From contig JAOZQB010000002.1 in NCBI GenBank assembly GCA_029932445.1, forward strand, positions 1 to 33,351: DNA of 33,351 nt, in the 5' to 3' direction. The DNA is from Bacteroidales bacterium (GTDB taxonomy: Bacteria > Bacteroidota > Bacteroidia > Bacteroidales > JAADGE01). Both the position numbers and the translations under genes were made by a program. The notes under the pieces are model-generated. The model was given only the letters and a program-made list of their open reading frames with translations. It did no database searches and had not been told where the DNA came from. Of the stretch, positions 26,022-33,293 are shown in pieces. Every line of letters begins with the position of its first letter. The first letter of the stretch is position 1.

Positions 26022-29000
26022 ATGAATTTCTTTCAAAATATCAGCATCAAATCTCGGTTTAATTTCATTTTAATAAGTGTTTTAATTTTAATTCTTATCA
26101 TTATTACATTTTTTATTTTTTCGGTAAATAAAATCAATCAGTATAATGAATACTACCATAAAGCCGACAAATTAAAAATTCAATATCTGAATTTAAGACG
26201 ATATGAACTCCAATTTTTACTGCGATATAATGATGATATTGACTTTTTTATTTCAGAAAGAAATAAATATATTGATAAATTTGAAAGAACATCAGATGCC
26301 TTTTCAAATATTAATCAAATTTTAATAAATGATTTTATCTCAAAAAAATCGAACCTTAATACACGTTTAATAAGGATTGAAAATATTCATGATAATTATG
26401 AAGAAACATTCTCAGATTTAACCCACAAAATATTTATAAGAGGGAATATCACATCAGGAATTATCGGAGATCTAAAAACAAGTGAACAGGAAATTATTAA
26501 TTCAAATATGTCTCCTCAAACAAAATCATTAATCTCAGAAATGGTGTTACTTACGGATAATTATCTGTTGTCTGAAGATGCAACAAATTACACGGAGTTC
26601 ATTAAACGATATAATAAAATTTCAAAATCCGAAAACGTAAATATAAATGATACAAGCATTAACAATCCGACAGTTAATCTTTCGGGATTTGATAAAACAC
26701 TTCAAAATTATAAGACAAATTTTACGGCATTAATTAAAATTGACAAACTTATCGGATTAAAATACGATGAGGGTTTTCTTGGGAAATTAAGAACATACAG
26801 CCAAAATTTAGATCCCGAAATTGAACAATTATTAAACGAAATAACAGAATTTAAACAAACGGCACAAAAACAAGCAATCTATACAATTATTATTTTCTTT
26901 ATTTTAATCGGTGTTATTTTTCTTATTTTATTCAAACGTTTTTCAAGTTCCGTTGCCAACCCTTTAAATGAATTAAAAGATTATATAAAACCTGTAAGTC
27001 TCGGTATTTTTCCTTCGGAAAAACTTAATATTGAGGGGAATAATGAACTTGCCGAGATTTGTAATTATACAAATAAATTAATTACCGGATTAGAAAAAAC
27101 TTCTGATTTTGCAAATAATATCGGTAAAGGAAATTACAATATCGATTATACTCCTTTAAGCAAACAAGATGCTTTAGGAAATGCTTTGTTGGAAATGAAA
27201 GATAATATTGTAATCAGTTCTCAGGAAGAAGAAAAAAGAAAACATGAAGATGAAATCAGAACATGGACAAATGAAGGTTTAACAAAATTTAACGATATTC
27301 TCAGATTGACACAAGGGAATATCAGTGAAATGTCTGCTAAAGTAATTTCTGAATTGGTAAAATTCATAAATGCTAATCAAGGCGGTATGTTTGTTTTTAA
27401 CGATGATGAAGATGAAAAATTTCTTGAATTAACTGCGGCTTATGCATACGGTCACGAAAAGAAAAAGGAAAAAATCATATATCCGGGAGAAGGTATGGTC
27501 GGAATGGTTGCTGCTGAGAAGAAAACCGTTTATATGACAGAAATCCCGGAAACGTACATTACCATTACTTCCGGTTTGGGTGATGCTGTTCCCGGAAGCT
27601 TATTAATTGTTCCGATGATAACGGAAGATGAAATCATCGGAGTTATTGAATTAGCATCTTTTAATGAATTGGAAAAACATGAAATACGTTTTGTAGAAAT
27701 ACTTTCGGAAACAATTGCTTCATCTCTTTCGATAACAAAAATAAATCAAAAAACGTCTGTATTACTTAAACAATCTCAAAAACAAGCTGAATTAATGAAA
27801 ATTCAGGAAGAAGAGATGCGTCAAAATTTTGAAGAACTTCAACAAGCACAAGAAAATTCGGCTCAAAAAACCGCTCAAATGTCAGGAATTCTGGCAGCAA
27901 TTGATACCAGTTCATTAGTTCTTGAAATTGATTTAGACGGGACTATTATTTCTGCAAACAGGAATTTATTAGACTTAATTGAAATTGAAGAACAAAGTAT
28001 TTTAAACATTAATATTAAAGATTTTATCCATTCCGAAACAGAACAAGATTTTAATGAATTTTGGCAAAAATTAATCAACGGACAAAATATTCAAAGAACA
28101 GAGTATATTAAACATGAAAATCGTGAATTTTGGCTTTCTACGGTTTATGCACCAATTCTGGATGAAAACGCTAAAATTTCATACATCCTCTCAATTGCAA
28201 GTGATCTCAGCGAATCTAAAAAACTTGAATTTGAACTTACGGAAAGAGAAAAACAACTTCGCCTGAATCTTGAAGAAATTAACAAATCACACAAAGAAGC
28301 TGAAAGGAAACAGCATATTTTGGAAAATACCAATGAAATGCTGAAAGCTAATGAAAAAACCTTACAATCGGCTGTTGAAAGTGCAATGAAACAAAGAAAA
28401 GAATTAGCTAAAAAAATGGATGAAATTGCAGAGCGAGAAGCTGAAACGAATAGTTGGTTTGAGGGTATAAATCAAACAAATATTACTGCTGAATTTGATT
28501 TGAACGGAAATATTTTGTCTGTCAATCATATTTTTGAAAAAGTTTTCGATTATAAAGAAAAAGAGCTAAAAACAAAGAATCATAATATCCTGGTTGCTGA
28601 GCAAGAATTAAATTCCGAAGAATATAAAAAACGATGGAAAAAACTACATATGGGTATCCATGTAAGCGGAACATTTCAATATATAAATAAAAAGAAAGAA
28701 CGTATTTATATTCAAGGGACATACACAGCAATTAAAGACCACAAAGGGAAAACATTAAAAATATATTTAATTGGCTCAAATACCTCGGATCTCATTAAAC
28801 GATCCGAAGAATTAAAAGCCCGTGAAACAGAACTTTACTTTCAAATTGAAGATATGAAAATGCTTCAAAAACAAAAAGAGAAACAAGAAGAAGAGCTCTC
28901 AAAACGTTCTGTTGAAATAATTGAACAAGAATCCCTTACTAAAAGCAGAACGGAAGGGATTAACAGAACCATTCTTGTTGCGGAATTTGACATGGACGGC

Positions 29001-29384
29001 AGGATTCTTTTTGCAAATAATATATTTACAAAAACGTTTGATTATTCTGAAAAAGAACTTATATCTAAACATCACGAAATTCTGATAACAAAAGATTTTG
29101 CACAATCAAAAGAATATAAGAATGCTTGGGAACAATTAAATAAAGGTGAATATCTGACAGAAACATTTACATTTATTAGCAAAAATAAATCGAAAATATT
29201 TATTCAAGGCACCTACACGCCTATTAAAAATTCCAAAGGAGAAATAATAAAAATACTCTTAACCGGATTTGACACAACGGATTTAATCAAAAGAACCGAA
29301 GAGCTGAAAGCTCGAGAAACAGAACTTTCGTTTCAGTTAGAAGAACTGAAATTATTAGAAAAGAAATCAAAAAATGGCAAATAA
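26022..29384 (+). CDS. membrane sensor protein: TM - ~250-aa helical extracytoplasmic domain - TM - HAMP-like - GAF - three PAS domains separated by coiled coils; no recognisable output domain
   Basis: 1120 aa. TM1 ~26061-26123. TM2 26877-26933. HAMP-like segments follow (NPLNELKDYI...ELAEICNYTNKLITGL; GNYNIDYTPLSKQDALGNALLEMKDNI). GAF ~27261-27735 (GGMFVF...GEGMVGMVAAEKKTVY...LLIVPMITEDEIIGVIELAS). PAS1 ~27880-28220, PAS2 ~28440-28800, PAS3 ~28940-29290, of the MCP-associated type (ITAEFDLNGNILSVNHIF...YIQGTYTAIKDHKG). No H-box/HATPase, GGDEF, EAL, HD-GYP or MCP signalling motif seen. Confidence 0.75.
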   Translation: MNFFQNISIKSRFNFILISVLILILIIITFFIFSVNKINQYNEYYHKADKLKIQYLNLRRYELQFLLRYNDDIDFFISERNKYIDKFERTSDAFSNINQILINDFISKKSNLNTRLIRIENIHDNYEETFSDLTHKIFIRGNITSGIIGDLKTSEQEIINSNMSPQTKSLISEMVLLTDNYLLSEDATNYTEFIKRYNKISKSENVNINDTSINNPTVNLSGFDKTLQNYKTNFTALIKIDKLIGLKYDEGFLGKLRTYSQNLDPEIEQLLNEITEFKQTAQKQAIYTIIIFFILIGVIFLILFKRFSSSVANPLNELKDYIKPVSLGIFPSEKLNIEGNNELAEICNYTNKLITGLEKTSDFANNIGKGNYNIDYTPLSKQDALGNALLEMKDNIVISSQEEEKRKHEDEIRTWTNEGLTKFNDILRLTQGNISEMSAKVISELVKFINANQGGMFVFNDDEDEKFLELTAAYAYGHEKKKEKIIYPGEGMVGMVAAEKKTVYMTEIPETYITITSGLGDAVPGSLLIVPMITEDEIIGVIELASFNELEKHEIRFVEILSETIASSLSITKINQKTSVLLKQSQKQAELMKIQEEEMRQNFEELQQAQENSAQKTAQMSGILAAIDTSSLVLEIDLDGTIISANRNLLDLIEIEEQSILNINIKDFIHSETEQDFNEFWQKLINGQNIQRTEYIKHENREFWLSTVYAPILDENAKISYILSIASDLSESKKLEFELTEREKQLRLNLEEINKSHKEAERKQHILENTNEMLKANEKTLQSAVESAMKQRKELAKKMDEIAEREAETNSWFEGINQTNITAEFDLNGNILSVNHIFEKVFDYKEKELKTKNHNILVAEQELNSEEYKKRWKKLHMGIHVSGTFQYINKKKERIYIQGTYTAIKDHKGKTLKIYLIGSNTSDLIKRSEELKARETELYFQIEDMKMLQKQKEKQEEELSKRSVEIIEQESLTKSRTEGINRTILVAEFDMDGRILFANNIFTKTFDYSEKELISKHHEILITKDFAQSKEYKNAWEQLNKGEYLTETFTFISKNKSKIFIQGTYTPIKNSKGEIIKILLTGFDTTDLIKRTEELKARETELSFQLEELKLLEKKSKNGK

Positions 29385-30093
29385 TAATTCTTATTCAATT
29401 TTAAATAAAATAACTGTCGGCATATTATTATTGTGCTTTTCCGTGTTCGGTTTCGGTCAAACCAAAAAAGCTGTTTTAAATAAAATCAAACCGCCATATA
29501 ATATTAAAGATTATTATTTGTTATTACCTGACAGTTTGCTTGACGGACCCGACTTCAATCAACGAATGATTTCTTTGAGATACAAAAATATTGATGACTT
29601 ATGGAAGCATAAAGGATATTGGCAAATTGATACCCTCGATTACAAAAACGGTTATTTAAAACTTTCATCAACAGGTGACGGATCGGGAACCGAATTTGAA
29701 ATAACATATTTTATTAAAAAAGACAAATCACGTGAAATTGCCGTTAATACAATCTATTGGGATTTGGCAATGATTTCTTCTTCTCTGAAATTTTATTCTT
29801 TTGAAAATAATACATGGAAAAATATTACAAAAAAAGTGTTGCCTGAAATTAAGCTTTCCTTTTTTACAAATGAAGCTTTTGCGAAAATTATTACATCTCA
29901 TACAACAACTTCACCTGTTTTATACAAACTTCCGCAAAAAGGAAAAAATATTACGGCAAAAATCGACATCGGTACAATTGATAATTTATTAGATGAAAAC
30001 GCAGTCGATGAAGACGAATATTTACAGATTAAAAAATCACTTAAACAAATTTTACTTATTTGGAACAACGGTATTTTTAAACTTCAAAAATAG
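29374..30093 (+). CDS. secreted hypothetical protein
   Basis: 239 aa with signal peptide (ITVGILLLCFSVFGFG/Q). The ATG overlaps the sensor gene's 3' end by 11 nt (ATGGCAAATAA). No family recognised. Confidence 0.55.
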   Translation: MANNNSYSILNKITVGILLLCFSVFGFGQTKKAVLNKIKPPYNIKDYYLLLPDSLLDGPDFNQRMISLRYKNIDDLWKHKGYWQIDTLDYKNGYLKLSSTGDGSGTEFEITYFIKKDKSREIAVNTIYWDLAMISSSLKFYSFENNTWKNITKKVLPEIKLSFFTNEAFAKIITSHTTTSPVLYKLPQKGKNITAKIDIGTIDNLLDENAVDEDEYLQIKKSLKQILLIWNNGIFKLQK

Positions 30094-30211
30094 AATATTT
30101 TGATTATCTGACAGTTAACAGGTGTCCGAACAAAAACCTTCAAAGCTTTTTCATTTCTTAATAAAATTCTTGTAAATTTACATAGGGTAAAACCTGTTTC
30201 AAGTATCTTAG

Positions 30212-30403
30212 TAATAACCTGAGTTCGATATAAGAAATGAATAACAGAATGCAAATACGGAGTGAGATTTTGAGGAAAAATTGTGAAGTAATAACGGGTT
30301 ATTTTAAAGAATTTTTCCTTAAAAGATTACTTTGTATTTGCATTCCCTTTGGGCTTTTTGAAATTATGCTGTTAACATTTCTTATATCGAACTCAGGTTA
30401 ATA
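30212..30403 (+). repeat. ~190-nt near-perfect hairpin / long imperfect palindrome (candidate structured RNA or MITE-like element)
   Basis: Hand-paired. 25 contiguous Watson-Crick bp (30215-30239 with 30376-30400). Then 6 bp (30242-30247 / 30369-30374) and 11 bp (30248-30258 / 30334-30344). A 24-nt one-sided bulge (30345-30368). Then 24 positions (30259-30282 / 30310-30333) with 18 WC pairs, 4 G-U pairs and 2 mismatches. Apical AATAA/TTATT stem (30290-30294 / 30299-30303). Confidence 0.8.
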
Positions 30404-30436
30404 AACAAGTTTTTTATTCATCTAAAAAAATGTATC

Positions 30437-31732
30437 ATGAAAAATCTAAGATTTATAAAACCGACATTATTGTTGTTTGTTTTCATTTTTTTCGGATTTA
30501 CCGGAAATTCAGAAAATAATCTGAAAAATTCAAACACAATTTCATATCAAGAAACGAATGTTATTATCAGCGGAAAAATTGTTGATGCTAAAACAAATCA
30601 ACCGATTGCATTTGTATCCGTAACCGCAACCGGAACAAATATCGGAACTGTTTCAAACACCGACGGTGAATTTACACTGAAATTTGAAAAAAGTTTAAAT
30701 GTAAAATCATTGACTTTTAAATATATCGGGTATCAAAATAAAGTTGTAGAAATAAGTTCTGTTCCTGAAAAAAAATTCAAAATTAAGCTGAATCCATTCG
30801 TAATTTCGATTGAAGAAGTCGTAATTCGACCTAATGATCCTAAAGAGTTAATACAAGAAATTTTAAACAGAATTCCTCAAAATTACAGTGAGAAAGCCAA
30901 TAAGGAGATGGCTTTTTACAGAGAATATATTAAAAATAAGAGAAAATATGTTTCAATTTCAGAAGCTGTTGTTGAAATTTACAAAGCACCTTATAATAAA
31001 GAATATAGTTATGATTTGGTAAAATTATATAAAGGTCATAAAAGCGCTAAAGTAAAAGCTCAAGACACCATAATAATGAAATTGAAAGGCGGTCCTAAAA
31101 CAGCTCTGCTGCTTGATATCGCAAAAAATCCGTACATCCTGTTTTCCGATGAGAAATTGGAAGATTACGACTTCACATTAAAGGATATAACAAATATTGA
31201 TAATCAACAAAATTACATCTTGATTTTTCAACAAAAACCAAATCCGGAACAGGCTCTTTTTAACGGGAAAATTTACGTAAACATTAAAACATTAGCCATA
31301 ACGGCGGCAGAATTTAGTCTTAACTTAGAGAATATTTCCGAAGCGAGTAAAGTATTTATAAGAAAAAAACCTTTGTTCCTGAAAATCAGACCGACAAATA
31401 CAAAATATCTTGTTAATTATACGGAAAATAACGGGAAATATTATTTTTCACACGCACGAGGAGAAGTAGAATTTGAAGTTAAATGGAAAAGAAAACTGTT
31501 TAAATCACATTACTCCGTTATGACAGAAATTGCAATAACCGACAGAAGCGATAAAAACGTACAAAAAATACCGAAAAATCAACAACTGAAAGCCGGAATC
31601 GTTTTTGACGAAAAAGTATATCCGTTTTCAGACACTGATTTTTGGGGAAAATATAATACGATTAAACCTGAAGAATCAATCCAAAGAACAATAAAAAAAT
31701 ATGGTTTTAAATTAAAAATTCAAGATAATTAA
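30437..31732 (+). CDS. CarboxypepD_reg-like domain protein (secreted), C-terminal part unassigned
   Basis: 431 aa with signal peptide. ISGKIVDAKTNQPIAFVSVTATGTNIGTVSNTDGEFTL is a typical carboxypeptidase-regulatory-like fold signature. No TonB-dependent barrel follows. Confidence 0.7.
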   Translation: MKNLRFIKPTLLLFVFIFFGFTGNSENNLKNSNTISYQETNVIISGKIVDAKTNQPIAFVSVTATGTNIGTVSNTDGEFTLKFEKSLNVKSLTFKYIGYQNKVVEISSVPEKKFKIKLNPFVISIEEVVIRPNDPKELIQEILNRIPQNYSEKANKEMAFYREYIKNKRKYVSISEAVVEIYKAPYNKEYSYDLVKLYKGHKSAKVKAQDTIIMKLKGGPKTALLLDIAKNPYILFSDEKLEDYDFTLKDITNIDNQQNYILIFQQKPNPEQALFNGKIYVNIKTLAITAAEFSLNLENISEASKVFIRKKPLFLKIRPTNTKYLVNYTENNGKYYFSHARGEVEFEVKWKRKLFKSHYSVMTEIAITDRSDKNVQKIPKNQQLKAGIVFDEKVYPFSDTDFWGKYNTIKPEESIQRTIKKYGFKLKIQDN

Positions 31733-31751
31733 ATACTCATAATCAACTTTT

Positions 31752-31793
31752 AACGGAAAGAAATTCTGATTATATTTTGAATTTCTTTCCGTT
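31752..31793 (+). terminator. stem-loop after the CarboxypepD_reg gene (possible terminator or attenuator ahead of the sigma gene)
   Basis: 14-bp perfect stem AACGGAAAGAAATT / AATTTCTTTCCGTT with a 14-nt loop. Only a short T run follows. Ends 21 nt before the sigma factor TTG start. Confidence 0.4.
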
Positions 31794-31814
31794 TCAGATA
31801 AAAAACATTAAACC

Positions 31815-32339
31815 TTGAAATTAATAAAACAAAACGAAATTAATTTAAATAATTTTGAACGTTTATTTAAGAAACATTATGTTCATCTGTGTTTATATGC
31901 ACTTAAATACATTAATAATGAGGTTCTTGCAGAAGAAATTGTCCAAGATGTTTTTTGTAAAATTTGGGAAAAACGAAAGTATATCAGTATTGCTGTTTCT
32001 TTTAAATCTTATTTATATATTACCGTAAGAAACAAATGTTTGCAAGAAATTAAGCATCAAAAAGTAATTAATAATTATAATAAACATATTGAAAATTTCG
32101 AAAAAAGTAATCTTGAAGGGCCGCATGAAAACTTGATTTATAAAGAAACTGCGGAAATCCTCAATGACATTTTAGAGACATTACCCGGGCGGTGTTCCGA
32201 AATTTTTAAATTAAGTCGTTTTGAAGGCTTAAAATATTCTGAAATAGCAAAACAATTATCAATTTCGATTAAAACAGTTGAAGCCAATATAAGTAAAGCT
32301 CTTAAAACATTCAAACTTTATTTTCCTGAATATAAATAA
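31815..32339 (+). CDS. RNA polymerase ECF-type sigma-70 factor (Bacteroides-expansion type)
   Basis: 174 aa. Region 2 EEIVQDVFCKIWEKR. Region 4 HTH LKYSEIAKQLSISIKTVEANISKAL. TTG start is forced: in-frame TAA two codons upstream and no Met codon anywhere in the ORF. Confidence 0.85.
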   Translation: MKLIKQNEINLNNFERLFKKHYVHLCLYALKYINNEVLAEEIVQDVFCKIWEKRKYISIAVSFKSYLYITVRNKCLQEIKHQKVINNYNKHIENFEKSNLEGPHENLIYKETAEILNDILETLPGRCSEIFKLSRFEGLKYSEIAKQLSISIKTVEANISKALKTFKLYFPEYK

Positions 32340-32345
32340 AAGAAA

Positions 32346-33293
32346 ATGGCACATAAAGAAAATTATATCATAAAAGAATTTATTAACGGGACACTTGATA
32401 AAAATTTTCGTTTAAAAATATCACAAGAAATTAAAGACATCAAACAACCGGACGAAAGAAAAATAATGAAAAACAATTCACATAAATTTGATGCCGATGC
32501 TGCATGGAACAAGCTTCAAAACAGAATAAAAGATCAGAATTCGGCAGATACTGATAATAAAAAACGGGGAAAATCTTTTTACAAACTCAGCAAAATTGCA
32601 GCATCCGTAATTTTAATTATCTCAATATCTGTTTCGGCATATTTTATTTTAACATCAAAATCTGCGATTAATATCCAATCGGATAATATCTTAAAAACAG
32701 TAACATTACCGGATGGTTCCCTGGTAACATTAAACATTCATTCTCACTTGTCATATCCCGAGAAATTTGCTCACAATAACAGGATTATTGAATTTGACGG
32801 TGAAGCTTTTTTTAACATCAGTAAAAATCCTAAAAAACCGTTTATAATTAAAACCGATAAAGCCCGAATAAAAGTTTTGGGAACTTCATTTAATGTCAAC
32901 ACGGATAAGAAAAAAACAGAAGTTGTTGTTAAAACCGGGAAAGTCGAATTTAAAAACAGTTCATTAATTCAAAATAAAGTTGTTTTAACTCCCGGTGAAA
33001 AAGGGATATTAAGTTCCGGAAAGATCTTTAAAATAAAAAATAAAAACCCGAACTATTTGTCTTGGAAAACACATTTTTTTACTTATGACAATGAGAAACT
33101 AAAAACCATTGTATCTGACATTAATGAAGCATACCAAGTGAATATCATGTTTAAAGACGGTAACATAGGTGAAATAGTTACGGGAAAAACAAGTTTTAAT
33201 AATTATAATATCGAAACAATTATTAAAATTATTTGTGAAACCCATCATTTAAAATCAACCGAAGAAGGAAAAAATATTATCTTGTCCTACTAA
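32346..33293 (+). CDS. FecR-family anti-sigma factor
   Basis: 315 aa. Central TM (IAASVILIISISVSAYFILT). FecR motifs LPDGSLVTLNIHSHLSY, EFDGEAFFNISKNPKKPFIIKT and IKVLGTSFNV. Starts 6 nt after the sigma gene. Confidence 0.85.
   Translation: MAHKENYIIKEFINGTLDKNFRLKISQEIKDIKQPDERKIMKNNSHKFDADAAWNKLQNRIKDQNSADTDNKKRGKSFYKLSKIAASVILIISISVSAYFILTSKSAINIQSDNILKTVTLPDGSLVTLNIHSHLSYPEKFAHNNRIIEFDGEAFFNISKNPKKPFIIKTDKARIKVLGTSFNVNTDKKKTEVVVKTGKVEFKNSSLIQNKVVLTPGEKGILSSGKIFKIKNKNPNYLSWKTHFFTYDNEKLKTIVSDINEAYQVNIMFKDGNIGEIVTGKTSFNNYNIETIIKIICETHHLKSTEEGKNIILSY

Noticed and set aside
18988-29105. Minus-strand ORFs inside tamB (18988-19209, 19444-19638, 20218-20478, 21745-21933, 22646-22843) and inside the sensor gene (27875-28078, 28145-28333, 28522-28731, 28899-29105). 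Also 12305-12556, 15900-16160, 17571-17831, 17938-18141 and 29801-29992.
   Set aside because: These are shadow frames of long, well-supported CDSs, either antisense or in an alternative frame. None has a promoter box or recognisable motifs.
26022-29384. Calling the 1120-aa protein a histidine kinase or a methyl-accepting chemotaxis protein.
   Set aside because: I found no H-box, N/G1/G2 ATPase boxes or MCP signalling hairpin consensus in the translation. Only input-type domains are supported, so I kept a neutral sensor call.
30212-30403. The long hairpin as an integron attC site, 6S RNA, CRISPR repeat or tRNA-like element.
   Set aside because: - attC: no RYYYAAC / GTTRRRY core sites at the arm ends, ~190 nt is longer than typical attC sites, and no integrase is nearby.
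- 6S RNA: the length is right, but the unpaired region is a purely one-sided 24-nt bulge rather than a two-stranded central bubble. I cannot verify conserved 6S features without a covariance search.
- CRISPR or tRNA: it is a single copy, and I saw no cloverleaf or T-loop sequence.
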